This document shows positions 8,537-18,067 of a DNA stretch of 32,000 nt, piece by piece. Numbering within the stretch: position 1 is the first letter of the stretch; each line of letters opens with the position of its first letter. Under the pieces are notes generated by a model. The model searched no databases. It was not told where the DNA came from and saw only the letters and a program-made list of their open reading frames with translations. The translations under genes were made by a program, and so were the position numbers. Source of the DNA: Formosa sp. Hel1_33_131 (GTDB lineage: Bacteria; Bacteroidota; Bacteroidia; Flavobacteriales; Flavobacteriaceae); NCBI RefSeq assembly GCF_001735745.1, contig NZ_CP017260.1, positions 180,001-212,000 on the forward strand, given 5' to 3'.

Positions 8537-10753
8537 ATGACAGCAGCCGATATAGCACAAGAAAACGCAGCCATCGCTAAGGAGTATAAAGAACTCCTTA
8601 AGATTAGCTATAGAACCCTGTCAACAGCAGACAAAAAGTTAATTAGAAAAGCATTTGACGTTGCGGTTGATGCCCATTCCGATCAAAGAAGAAAGTCAGG
8701 CGAAGCCTATATTTTTCATCCCATTGCCGTGGCAAAAATCGTTGCTTCCAAAATTGGACTGGATGCAACTTCTATTGCGGCCGCACTTTTGCACGATGTT
8801 GTCGAAGATTGCCCGCGTTATACAATTGACGATATTCAACAATTATTTGGGGAAACTGTAGCCCGAATTGTAGATGGATTGACAAAGATATCGTCCTTAA
8901 ATAAAGACATGAACGTGTCAATGCAAGCGGAGAATTTCAGGAAAATGCTCCTCACCCTTCACGATGACATTAGGGTAATTATCATCAAAATTGCCGACCG
9001 CCTTCATAATATGCAGACGATTCATTCGATGCCGGAAGACAAACAATTAAAAATTGCTTCTGAAACACTGTATATCTATGCACCACTTGCGCACAAAATT
9101 GGGTTATACAATATTAAATCGAAGTTAGAAGACTTGGCTTTAAAATATACGGAACCGGAAGTTTACAGTGGTATTTTACTGAAGTTAGAAGAAAGCAAAG
9201 AAGAGCAAGACCTATACATTAAAGATATTAGCAAGGTTTTAACAAAGGCCTTGAATAAAGAAAAAATAAAGTATGTCATAAAAGGACGTCCAAAATCTAT
9301 TTTTTCGATTCGAAGAAAAATGCAAAATCAGGGCGTATCCTTTGAGGAAGTCTATGATAAATTTGCGGTACGAATCATCTATGAATCAGAAGAAAAAGAC
9401 GAGAAGTTTATCGCTTGGAAAGTGTATTCGATTGTCACAGATCATTTTAGACCGAACCCAACACGTTTAAGAGATTGGATTTCTGCTCCAAAATCAACAG
9501 GTTATGAGGCCTTACACATTACGGTTATGGGACCAAAAGGACGTTGGGTCGAAGTTCAGATCAGAAGTGAACGCATGAATGAAATTGCAGAAAAAGGCTA
9601 TGCCGCTCACTATAAATATAAGGAAGGCGAAAAAGAGCATGATGAGAATTTAGAAAGCTGGATTGGAAAACTCCAAGAAGTAATTGAAAATCCAGAATCC
9701 AATGCTGTAGAGTTTGTAGAGCAATTTAAGTTGAACCTCTATGCGAAAGAAATATTTGTGTTCACTCCTAATGGAGAATTAAAATCCCTGCCGAAAGATG
9801 CAACACCATTGGATTTTTCATTTAGCATCCATACCGAAATTGGCATGAAAACGAGAGGTGCTAAAGTCAATGGCAAATTAGTCCCCTTGAACCATGTGTT
9901 ACAGAGTGGCGATCAAGTTGATATTATTACTTCTGAAAGTGCCAAACCAACGGTAAACTGGTTGGATTATGTCACGACAACGCGCGCAAAAAGTAAAATA
10001 AAATCTTCTTTAAAAGAAGATAAAAAAGCCGTTGCGATCGAAGGAAAAGAGATCTTAAGACGAAAACTCAAACAACTCAAAATTACTTTAAACGAACGCT
10101 CTATTAATGAATTGGTGAATTATTTTAAACTCAATACCAGTTTAGATTTATTTTACCGTGTTGGCATCAGTAGTATTGATAACACGATGTTAAAAAGCTT
10201 TGCGACTTCAAGAAGTAATGTCCTTGTTAGCTATATAAAAAATAAAATTACGCGTACCAAGGGACCTACAAAAGAAACCGTTGAAAAAGATGAAATCACT
10301 TCCAAATACGATATGTTGGTGTTTGGCAAGGAAGAAGAGAAATTGAACTATAAACTTTCATCTTGTTGCAATCCCATTCCGGGCGATATTGTTTTTGGGT
10401 TTCTAAGTATCAAAGAGGGAATTAAAATTCATAAAAAAGCCTGCCCAAATGCGGTAAGTCTTCAATCTAATTATGCGTACAGAATTATGTCAGCTAAGTG
10501 GATTGACTCCTCTCAACAGGTATTCAGAGCAGTTATCAAACTGACGGGAATAGACAAACTCGGATTGGTCAATTCGATTACAAAAGTGGTTTCTGAAAGT
10601 ATGAATGTCAACATTAAGAATATAAATTTTGATGCGGACAGTGGCACATTTAAAGGACAAATTGCCTTGGAAGTCAATAATAATAATTTTGTTGAAAAAT
10701 TGATGGAGCGGCTGCAAAAAATAAATGGTATCGAAAAAGTCTTTAGAGTCTAA
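8537..10753 (+). CDS. spoT: Bifunctional (p)ppGpp synthetase/hydrolase, RelA/SpoT homolog
   Basis: 738 aa. HD hydrolase motif LLHDVVED; synthetase block RPKSIFSIRRKM...YEALHITV...VEVQIRSERMNEIAEKGYAAHYKYK; TGS-like IFVFTPNGELKSLPKDATPLDFSFSIHTEIG; C-terminal ACT-like region. Confidence 0.95.
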   Translation: MTAADIAQENAAIAKEYKELLKISYRTLSTADKKLIRKAFDVAVDAHSDQRRKSGEAYIFHPIAVAKIVASKIGLDATSIAAALLHDVVEDCPRYTIDDIQQLFGETVARIVDGLTKISSLNKDMNVSMQAENFRKMLLTLHDDIRVIIIKIADRLHNMQTIHSMPEDKQLKIASETLYIYAPLAHKIGLYNIKSKLEDLALKYTEPEVYSGILLKLEESKEEQDLYIKDISKVLTKALNKEKIKYVIKGRPKSIFSIRRKMQNQGVSFEEVYDKFAVRIIYESEEKDEKFIAWKVYSIVTDHFRPNPTRLRDWISAPKSTGYEALHITVMGPKGRWVEVQIRSERMNEIAEKGYAAHYKYKEGEKEHDENLESWIGKLQEVIENPESNAVEFVEQFKLNLYAKEIFVFTPNGELKSLPKDATPLDFSFSIHTEIGMKTRGAKVNGKLVPLNHVLQSGDQVDIITSESAKPTVNWLDYVTTTRAKSKIKSSLKEDKKAVAIEGKEILRRKLKQLKITLNERSINELVNYFKLNTSLDLFYRVGISSIDNTMLKSFATSRSNVLVSYIKNKITRTKGPTKETVEKDEITSKYDMLVFGKEEEKLNYKLSSCCNPIPGDIVFGFLSIKEGIKIHKKACPNAVSLQSNYAYRIMSAKWIDSSQQVFRAVIKLTGIDKLGLVNSITKVVSESMNVNIKNINFDADSGTFKGQIALEVNNNNFVEKLMERLQKINGIEKVFRV

Positions 10754-10762
10754 AAATTAGTT

Positions 10763-10770
10763 TAAATTTG
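10763..10770 (+). promoter_or_regulatory. Candidate Bacteroidota -7 promoter box (TAAATTTG) upstream of the Fur-family gene
   Basis: Perfect match to TAnnTTTG, only 8 nt before ATG 10779, which implies a very short leader. Motif match only. Confidence 0.3.
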
Positions 10771-10778
10771 ACCCTTGT

Positions 10779-11240
10779 ATGAGTGTAAAAACCAAAAATA
10801 AAAATCAAGATATCGTAAAAAATGTTTTTACGAAATTTCTCGAAGAGAATGGCCATCGAAAGACTCCTGAACGCTTTGCAATACTTCAAGAAATTTATGA
10901 CAACGAGAATCACTTTGACATAGAATCACTCTATATCAAAATGAAAAATAAAAATTACCGTGTCTCCAGAGCAACTCTCTACAATACAATTGAATTATTA
11001 TTGGACTGCGCTTTGGTACGAAAACATCAATTTGGGCAGAATCAAGCGCAATATGAAAAATCGTACTTCGACAAACAACACGACCATGTCATCCTCACAG
11101 ATACAGGGGAAGTCTTTGAGTTTTGCGACCCAAGGATTCAATCCATTCAAAAAACAATAGAAGAAGTCTTTGATATCGATATTCAAAAACATTCGCTGTA
11201 CTTCTACGGCACAAAAAAAAATACTAAAATTAACGATTAA
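10779..11240 (+). CDS. fur: Fur-family transcriptional regulator
   Basis: 153 aa. Winged-helix part [14 protein letters not shown]...[19 protein letters not shown] and a metal-site-like KQHDHVIL. No CxxC pairs; only two Cys in total. Confidence 0.75.
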   Translation: MSVKTKNKNQDIVKNVFTKFLEENGHRKTPERFAILQEIYDNENHFDIESLYIKMKNKNYRVSRATLYNTIELLLDCALVRKHQFGQNQAQYEKSYFDKQHDHVILTDTGEVFEFCDPRIQSIQKTIEEVFDIDIQKHSLYFYGTKKNTKIND

Positions 11241-11245
11241 ATAGC

Positions 11246-12517
11246 ATGGCAGTAGATTTACTACTTGGATTACAATGGGGTGACGAAGGCAAAGGAAAAA
11301 TTGTAGACGTACTAACCTCCAATTACAACATTATAGCACGATTTCAAGGGGGACCAAATGCAGGTCATACCCTAGTTTTTAACGGCATGAAGCATGTGCT
11401 TCATACGATTCCTTCAGGGATTTTTCATGAGGACGCCGTAAATTTAGTTGGAAATGGAGTCGTGATCGATCCTGTAATATTTAAAAATGAATTGGACAAA
11501 TTAGCGACCCAAAATGTAGATTACAGAAAATCGTTAGTGATTTCTCGTAAAGCGCATTTAATACTCCCCACGCACCGCTTGTTAGATGCCGCTTCAGAAG
11601 CATCCAAAGGAAAAGCCAAAATTGGATCGACTCTTAAAGGGATTGGCCCAACGTACATGGACAAAACGGGTCGGAATGGCATCCGTGTTGGCGATTTAGA
11701 ATTAGACAACTGGAAAGACAAATACCGTGCTCTAGCAAATAAACACGAGTCCATGGTTAATTTTTATAACGTGGATTTAGAGTATAATCTAGAGGAATTA
11801 GAAACTGAATTCTTTGAAGCCGTTGACGTCTTAAAATCTTTAAAATTTATAGATTCTGAAGAATATTTACACCAAGCATTGCGAGATCAAAAATCAATTT
11901 TAGCAGAAGGCGCACAAGGGTCTTTATTAGACATTGATTTTGGAACCTATCCGTTTGTAACCTCTTCCAATACAACTGCTGCGGGTGCATGTACAGGACT
12001 GGGAATTGCACCGACTTCCATCGGTGAAGTTTTTGGAATTTTCAAAGCCTACACCACTCGAGTGGGTTCTGGTCCCTTCCCTACTGAACTGTTTGATGAA
12101 GATGGTGAAACAATGGGACGTGTAGGACAAGAATTTGGTGCCACTACAGGACGCTCACGTCGTTGTGGATGGTTAGATCTTGTAGCACTACGTTATGCAT
12201 GCCAAGTGAATGGTGTGACACAACTTATGATGATGAAAGCCGATGTACTCTCTGGATTTAAATCTTTGAAAGTCTGTACTGCCTACAAATATAAGGGGGA
12301 GATCATTCAGCATTTCCCATATAATGTGGAAGTGGAAAACATCACACCAATTTACACGGATTTTGAGGGCTGGGCAGAAGATTTAACCGAGATGGATAAT
12401 GAATCAACTCTCCCAAAATCATTAAATGCTTACATTGATTTCTTGGAGAAAGAATTAGAAATTCCAATCAAAGTTGTTTCTGTAGGACCCGATCGAAAAC
12501 AAACAATTTTTAGATAA
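11246..12517 (+). CDS. purA: Adenylosuccinate synthase
   Basis: 423 aa with LGLQWGDEGKGKIVD, GGPNAGHT, GIGPTY and GATTGRSRRCGWLD. Confidence 0.97.
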   Translation: MAVDLLLGLQWGDEGKGKIVDVLTSNYNIIARFQGGPNAGHTLVFNGMKHVLHTIPSGIFHEDAVNLVGNGVVIDPVIFKNELDKLATQNVDYRKSLVISRKAHLILPTHRLLDAASEASKGKAKIGSTLKGIGPTYMDKTGRNGIRVGDLELDNWKDKYRALANKHESMVNFYNVDLEYNLEELETEFFEAVDVLKSLKFIDSEEYLHQALRDQKSILAEGAQGSLLDIDFGTYPFVTSSNTTAAGACTGLGIAPTSIGEVFGIFKAYTTRVGSGPFPTELFDEDGETMGRVGQEFGATTGRSRRCGWLDLVALRYACQVNGVTQLMMMKADVLSGFKSLKVCTAYKYKGEIIQHFPYNVEVENITPIYTDFEGWAEDLTEMDNESTLPKSLNAYIDFLEKELEIPIKVVSVGPDRKQTIFR

Positions 12518-12562
12518 ACATTAAAATAATCTTAAGTTTTATTTAAAGAACTCAATATTACC

Positions 12563-12570
12563 TATTTTTG
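12563..12570 (+). promoter_or_regulatory. Candidate -7 promoter box (TATTTTTG) for the OstA-like gene
   Basis: Perfect TAnnTTTG, 17 nt upstream of the TTG start at 12588, in a 70-nt intergenic spacer. Confidence 0.4.
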
Positions 12571-12587
12571 TCATAAACTATTCCACG

Positions 12588-14372
12588 TTGAAACATAAAA
12601 GCATTTATTACTTAGTATGCATTCTATTATTTTTAGGATCCATATTGCATGCACAAGAGCGACGCAGAATCGAAATTGAATATGCGCCATTTATGACATT
12701 TGACGAATCGAATCCAGATGCGACCATTCTTACTAGAAACAATTCAAAACAAGTACACATCAAACATGAAGGTATTGAATTGTGGTGCGATGAGGCCATC
12801 TATTATGGGAAGCAAGATTTTATAGAAGCCTACGGAAAAGTTCATGTCAAGCAAGGCGATACGATTAACATGACTTCAAAATATGTTGAATACAGCGGGA
12901 ATACACAACTGGCATTTGCGAGTGGCACCGTTGTTTTAACAGATCCGAATTCCGAGATCACTACCGATACTTTATACTTTGACAGAGTCAAACAACAAGC
13001 ATTTTACAGAAGTTCAGGGAAGGTCGTCCGAGATACCACAGGAACGATTACGAGTACGATTGGACGTTATTACATGAAGTCCAAAAAATACCAGTTTGTA
13101 AATAATGTCAAACTTGTAAATCCAGAATACGTCATTGAATCCAAACAACTTGATTTTTATACACTATCGGGTTTTGCGTTTTTATTTGGTCCCACGACGA
13201 TTACCAGTGAAACCAGTGTTATTTATTGCGAACGCGGATTTTATGACACTCAAAAAGACACCGGTTATTTTGTGAAGAACTCTAAAATAAATTATGACGA
13301 GCGCATTGTTGAAGGCGATAGTATCTATTTTGATCGCAATAAAAAATTCGCGTCAGCAACCAATAATATTACCATCACAGATACGCTGAATAACACCATC
13401 GTTAAAAGTCATTATGCAGAGGTCTTTAGAGAAAAAGATTCTGTATTTGTAACCAAACGTGCATTGGCGATTACCCTTCAAGAAAACGATTCCATTTTTG
13501 TACATAGTGATACTTTGATGGTCACGGGAAAACCTGAAAAAAGAATTACACGAGGCTATTATAATGCTAAAATTTATAAATCCGATTTAAGCGGCAAAGC
13601 CGATTCAATTCACATGAATCAAGAAACTGGATTGACACAGTTAATTAATTTGGATAAAAACACAGCAAATGATCCGTTTTACAAAGTGCAGCATCCGATT
13701 TTATGGAATTTAAAAAACCAGATCACAGGCGATTCCATTCACTTAATTTCGAATTCTAAAACCGAATCCATAGACTCATTAAAAGTCTTTAATAATGCAT
13801 TTATAATCAGTAAGGACAGTCTGGGAGATGGATATAATCAAATTTCAGGGCAAAAGTTATTTGGCTTATTTAAAAATAACAGTTTATCAACGATTGATAT
13901 TATTAAAAATGCTGAAAGCATTTACTACCTCAGAAATGAAGACAATGAATTGGTTGGAATTGATAAATCAAAATCAGGTTCTATTAAAGTATGGATCACT
14001 GAAAATACGATTGACGAGATGCGTAAATACAATCAAATTGGAGGAAAAACGCATCCTGAAATTGAATTTCCAGAAAATGAAAAAATTCTTAAAGGATTTC
14101 ATTGGCGTGATTCGGAGCGTCCCACTAGTGTAGAGGATTTGTTTAAAGACGATCCACCGCTCGTACTTCCCACAATAAAAGGGTTGGATGCCTATGTTCC
14201 TCAAAAGGAGTTTTTTGATCCAAAGTTGTTAGAACGTGTAAAAAAAGCACGTCCAAACCCGACAAAAAGTTTAGATACTACCGTAAAACCAAAAAATAAA
14301 GCGGCCAGAAAATTACCTAAAAAATTTCTAAACAAGCCAAAGAAATTAAAAAAACCAATCAAGAAAAATTGA
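12588..14372 (+). CDS. OstA-like (LptD N-terminal-like) periplasmic protein with Lys-rich tail
   Basis: 594 aa with a TTG start giving signal peptide MKHKSIYYLVCILLFLGSILHAQ. Repeated beta-jellyroll-like segments (GNVHVKQGD-type, e.g. AYGKVHVKQGDTINMTS, ASGTVVLTDPNSEITTD) as in flavobacterial OstA family proteins. C-terminal tail KPKNKAARKLPKKFLNKPKKLKKPIKKN. Confidence 0.6.
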   Translation: MKHKSIYYLVCILLFLGSILHAQERRRIEIEYAPFMTFDESNPDATILTRNNSKQVHIKHEGIELWCDEAIYYGKQDFIEAYGKVHVKQGDTINMTSKYVEYSGNTQLAFASGTVVLTDPNSEITTDTLYFDRVKQQAFYRSSGKVVRDTTGTITSTIGRYYMKSKKYQFVNNVKLVNPEYVIESKQLDFYTLSGFAFLFGPTTITSETSVIYCERGFYDTQKDTGYFVKNSKINYDERIVEGDSIYFDRNKKFASATNNITITDTLNNTIVKSHYAEVFREKDSVFVTKRALAITLQENDSIFVHSDTLMVTGKPEKRITRGYYNAKIYKSDLSGKADSIHMNQETGLTQLINLDKNTANDPFYKVQHPILWNLKNQITGDSIHLISNSKTESIDSLKVFNNAFIISKDSLGDGYNQISGQKLFGLFKNNSLSTIDIIKNAESIYYLRNEDNELVGIDKSKSGSIKVWITENTIDEMRKYNQIGGKTHPEIEFPENEKILKGFHWRDSERPTSVEDLFKDDPPLVLPTIKGLDAYVPQKEFFDPKLLERVKKARPNPTKSLDTTVKPKNKAARKLPKKFLNKPKKLKKPIKKN

Positions 14373-15547
14373 TTACAAACGATTTTTTTAAACACCAAGC
14401 ACAGACAACGCCACATCCTTTAGCGATGGAAATTTCTTATGCGGTGGGGTCATATATTTATGACCAAAATAAAACACCATATTTAGATTTTGTAGCAGGC
14501 GTTTCTGCTTGTAGTTTGGGCCATCGACACCCGAAGGTTGTAGCGGCGATTAAAAAACAACTGGACACTTATATGCATGTGATGGTGTATGGAGAATACA
14601 TCCAATCCCCTGCTGTAAAACTGACCAAATTACTCGCTTCGCATTTACCACCAAAACTAGAAAAAACATATTTGACCAACTCAGGTACGGAAGCAATTGA
14701 CGGTGCCATGAAACTCGCACGACGCTATACGGGACGGTCTGAAATCATTTCTGCTAAAAACGCCTATCACGGAAATACCATGGGAGCTTTGAGTGTCATG
14801 GGCTATGAAGAACGAAAACAACCGTTCCGACCGCTAATTCCAGACATTAGATTTATAGAATTTAACAGCCTTACAGACCTTTCTAAAATCACCACAAAAA
14901 CTGCGGCAGTCATCTTGGAAACAATCCAAGGAGGTGCTGGATTTATTGAGCCTAAAAACAGCTATTTAACCAAGGTTCAAGAAAAATGCAATGCCGTGGG
15001 TGCGTTGTTAATTTTAGATGAAATTCAACCGGGTATAGGACGCACAGGAAAACTCTTTGGTTTTGAAAACTACAACTGCGTTCCCGATGTTGTTGTGACC
15101 GGAAAAGGACTTGGTGGCGGCATGCCGATCGGTGCTTTCACAGCTTCGGAAGAAATGATGAACAGCTTATCTGACCATCCAAAGTTAGGACACATCACCA
15201 CCTTTGGTGGCCATCCTGTTATTGCAGCAGCAGCCTTAGCAACTCTGGAAGAAATTACAACCAGCAGCTTAATTCCAGAAACCCTAGAAAAAGAAGCCTT
15301 GATCCGTAAACACCTCCAACATCCATTGATAAAAGAGATCAGAGGAAAAGGATTAATGTTGGCTTTGATGTTAGATTCATCAGAAATTGCAAATAAAATA
15401 GTCTTACAAGCAAAAGAGGATGGTTTGATTTTATTTTGGTTGCTCTATGAACCAAAAGCAGTTCGAATTTCACCCCCACTTACCATTTCCAAAGAAGAAA
15501 TTGTAAAGGGTTGTCACATCATTCTGAACATTATAAATTCCATTTAA
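14369..15547 (+). CDS. Class-III (acetylornithine/GABA-type) PLP-dependent aminotransferase
   Basis: 392 aa with LTNSGTEAIDGAMKLAR, LILDEIQPGIGRTGKLFGFE and the PLP-Lys context VVTGKGLGGGMPIGAF. The conserved N-terminal FFKHQAQTTPHPL requires the TTG start at 14369, which overlaps the upstream stop as TTGA. Confidence 0.85.
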   Translation: MITNDFFKHQAQTTPHPLAMEISYAVGSYIYDQNKTPYLDFVAGVSACSLGHRHPKVVAAIKKQLDTYMHVMVYGEYIQSPAVKLTKLLASHLPPKLEKTYLTNSGTEAIDGAMKLARRYTGRSEIISAKNAYHGNTMGALSVMGYEERKQPFRPLIPDIRFIEFNSLTDLSKITTKTAAVILETIQGGAGFIEPKNSYLTKVQEKCNAVGALLILDEIQPGIGRTGKLFGFENYNCVPDVVVTGKGLGGGMPIGAFTASEEMMNSLSDHPKLGHITTFGGHPVIAAAALATLEEITTSSLIPETLEKEALIRKHLQHPLIKEIRGKGLMLALMLDSSEIANKIVLQAKEDGLILFWLLYEPKAVRISPPLTISKEEIVKGCHIILNIINSI

Positions 15548-15642
15548 ACAACACTGTTAATTATTTTGTTGAAAACATTCGAGGTTTTTGGGTGTTTCAA
15601 GCAGATATAACCTTAAATTTATTAGTGTAAAAAAACCATTTT

Positions 15643-17046
15643 ATGGAGTTCAGTCAATCTGAAGAAAATGAAGAAGTAACCCTCTCAAAATTTGAGTCGA
15701 TGTTAAAAACCAATAGCGTTTTTTTCTTTGATTCTAATGAATTTGAAAACATCATACACCACTATTTAGAAAGTGGTAAAATTGCACTTGCAAAGAAGGC
15801 AATCAAACTCGGGTTAAGTCAGCACCCTGCGTCTCTAAACTTAAAATTATTTCAAGTTGAAATTTTAATTTTTGAAAATAAATTAAATGAAGCGGACCGA
15901 CTGCTCTCCCCCCTGTTTGAAATAGAGCCTAATAACGAAGAACTCTACATTCAAAAAGCGAATATATTTTCTAAAAAAGATCAGCACGAAAAAGCGATAC
16001 AAGTCTTTAAAGAAGCCATTGAAATCGCAGAGGACAGTGCCGATCTCTATTCTTTAATTGGAATGGAATATTTGTTTTTAGATCAATATCAAGAAGCAAA
16101 ACAAAATTTCAAGAAATGTATTGAACTGGATTTAGAAGATTATTCGGCGCTTTATAATATCATCTATTGTTTTGACTTTTTAGATGAAACCACGGAAGCG
16201 ATTGAATACTTAAATAGCTACCTCGATAAAAACCCATACAGCGAAGTGGCATGGCACCAACTTGGCAAACAATACGTAGAAACCAAACAATTGGTAAAGG
16301 CCGTCACCGCCTTTGATTTTGCGATTATTTCAGATGACACCTTTATTGGTGCGTATCTTGAAAAAGCGAAAGTATTAGAGAAATTAAACCGTTTTGAGGA
16401 AGCGATTGAGAATTATAAAATCACCATCGCTATAGAAGATTCTACCGCCTATGCTCTCATCAAAATTGGGTATTGCTATGAGCGTTTGAATCACGGCGAT
16501 TTAGCCCTTCAGCATTACTATCAAGCGGTGGAAGAAGACCCTGCCTTGGATAAAGGTTGGATGCGGATCACAAAGTTTTTCATGGCTAAAAAAGACTATC
16601 AAAAAGCCTTGTTTCACATCAATAAGGCCATTGATATTGATGGAGACAATGCCGCCTATTGGTTGTTGTACTCTACCATTAATGAACGCCTCTCTCTTTT
16701 GGAGGAAGCCGAACGTGGGTATAAAAGGACGCTCGAATTGGGCGACTGTGAACTAAGCACTTGGCTCTCTCGCGGAGACATTTTAATCAAACTTGGCGAA
16801 TATGAAGCTGCAAAATTCAATTTTGTACAAGCTTTAGAATACCATCCCAAAAGTGAAGAATTAGAATTTCGACTTTCAGGCGTGTGTTTGAAACTCAACA
16901 ATATGGATGCTGGCTATGCACACCTTCTCACAGGACTGCATATAAACTTAGAACACGTGTTTATTTTGGAAGAATTATTTCCAGAAGTCTATCAGCGCAA
17001 AGCCGTCCTTCAATTAATTGAGAATTTTAAAAATACGCATCAGTAA
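15643..17046 (+). CDS. Tetratricopeptide-repeat (TPR) protein
   Basis: 467 aa, all-helical, with many 34-residue TPR-like units (e.g. AWHQLGKQYVETKQLVKAVTAFDFAIISDD, AYALIKIGYCYERLNHGDLALQHYYQAVEEDP). Confidence 0.8.
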   Translation: MEFSQSEENEEVTLSKFESMLKTNSVFFFDSNEFENIIHHYLESGKIALAKKAIKLGLSQHPASLNLKLFQVEILIFENKLNEADRLLSPLFEIEPNNEELYIQKANIFSKKDQHEKAIQVFKEAIEIAEDSADLYSLIGMEYLFLDQYQEAKQNFKKCIELDLEDYSALYNIIYCFDFLDETTEAIEYLNSYLDKNPYSEVAWHQLGKQYVETKQLVKAVTAFDFAIISDDTFIGAYLEKAKVLEKLNRFEEAIENYKITIAIEDSTAYALIKIGYCYERLNHGDLALQHYYQAVEEDPALDKGWMRITKFFMAKKDYQKALFHINKAIDIDGDNAAYWLLYSTINERLSLLEEAERGYKRTLELGDCELSTWLSRGDILIKLGEYEAAKFNFVQALEYHPKSEELEFRLSGVCLKLNNMDAGYAHLLTGLHINLEHVFILEELFPEVYQRKAVLQLIENFKNTHQ

Positions 17047-17125
17047 AATTTGTATTTTTAGGGGATATATAGGATATTCATCAATCTAAAACCTGATTCT
17101 TTAATTCAATTATTTTAAAAACCAA

Positions 17126-18067
17126 ATGAAACGATCCCCACTAGATTACTTAATAATTTCACTCAAAGGAATGGCAATGGGTGCTGCAGATGTAGTTCCT
17201 GGCGTTTCTGGAGGTACCATCGCTTTCATCTCAGGGATTTACGAAGAACTGATTGGCACTTTAAATAATATCAATTTTTCTCTTTTAAAACATTTAAAAA
17301 CAGAAGGCCTAAAAAGCACTTGGAAAAAAGCAAACGGCCCTTTTTTATTAGCACTTCTTTCAGGCGTGTTTGTGAGTATTGTTTCACTAGCCAAAGGCGT
17401 TGAATGGTTTTTGGAACACCACCCTATTTTACTTTGGTCGTTCTTTTTTGGATTGGTACTTGCGAGTATTGTCTATGTCGGAAAACAGATTAAAACTACT
17501 GCCAAGGACTTTAAATTATTTTTAGCGATGGCCATTGGAGCCGTGGTTGCTTACCTGATTACCACCATCAACCCCTCTGAAACTTCGGATACAAATCTGT
17601 TTTTGTTTTTTGCTGGAGCTTTAGCCATTTGCGCGATGATATTGCCCGGGATTTCAGGGTCATTTATTCTGGTAATCATTGGTGCTTACAGTCCCGTTCT
17701 GGAAGCGCTCAATACACTTAATATCAAAAAAATTGTTCTCTTTGGCGCTGGTGCTGTGGTTGGATTGTTGTCATTTTCAAAACTTCTAAAATGGTTGTTT
17801 GAAAAATACCACCGCTTGACATTGGCCGTCATCACTGGATTTATGATTGGATCTTTAAACAAAATATGGCCTTGGAAAGTGGCATTGACATTCAGAACCA
17901 ATTCTAAAGGGGTGAAAGTTCCCTTGAACGAAGAAAGCATTTCCCCTTTTAATTTTAATGGAGAACCACAACTGTTACAAGCTATCGGACTGATGGTTTT
18001 TGGAATTTTAATCATTCTCATTTTAGAAAAAATAAGTACCAAAAAAAACACGCTTGAGACAACCTAA
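17126..18067 (+). CDS. DUF368-family polytopic membrane protein (PopT-like putative polyprenyl-phosphate translocase), paralog 1
   Basis: 313 aa. Signature GAADVVPGVSGGTIAF and internal repeat LPGISGSFILVIIG. Multiple hydrophobic helices. Confidence 0.8.
   Translation: MKRSPLDYLIISLKGMAMGAADVVPGVSGGTIAFISGIYEELIGTLNNINFSLLKHLKTEGLKSTWKKANGPFLLALLSGVFVSIVSLAKGVEWFLEHHPILLWSFFFGLVLASIVYVGKQIKTTAKDFKLFLAMAIGAVVAYLITTINPSETSDTNLFLFFAGALAICAMILPGISGSFILVIIGAYSPVLEALNTLNIKKIVLFGAGAVVGLLSFSKLLKWLFEKYHRLTLAVITGFMIGSLNKIWPWKVALTFRTNSKGVKVPLNEESISPFNFNGEPQLLQAIGLMVFGILIILILEKISTKKNTLETT

Noticed and set aside
17686-18051. Long ORFs antisense or out of frame to annotated genes (17686-18051, 7894-8214, 25709-26041, 19974-20294, 13828-14133, 4960-5223, 6147-6398 and others in the track)
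   Set aside because: Each lies wholly inside a gene with strong family-level motifs on the other strand or frame. Their translations are low-complexity or Cys/Ser/Phe-rich with no recognisable motifs, which is typical of shadow ORFs.
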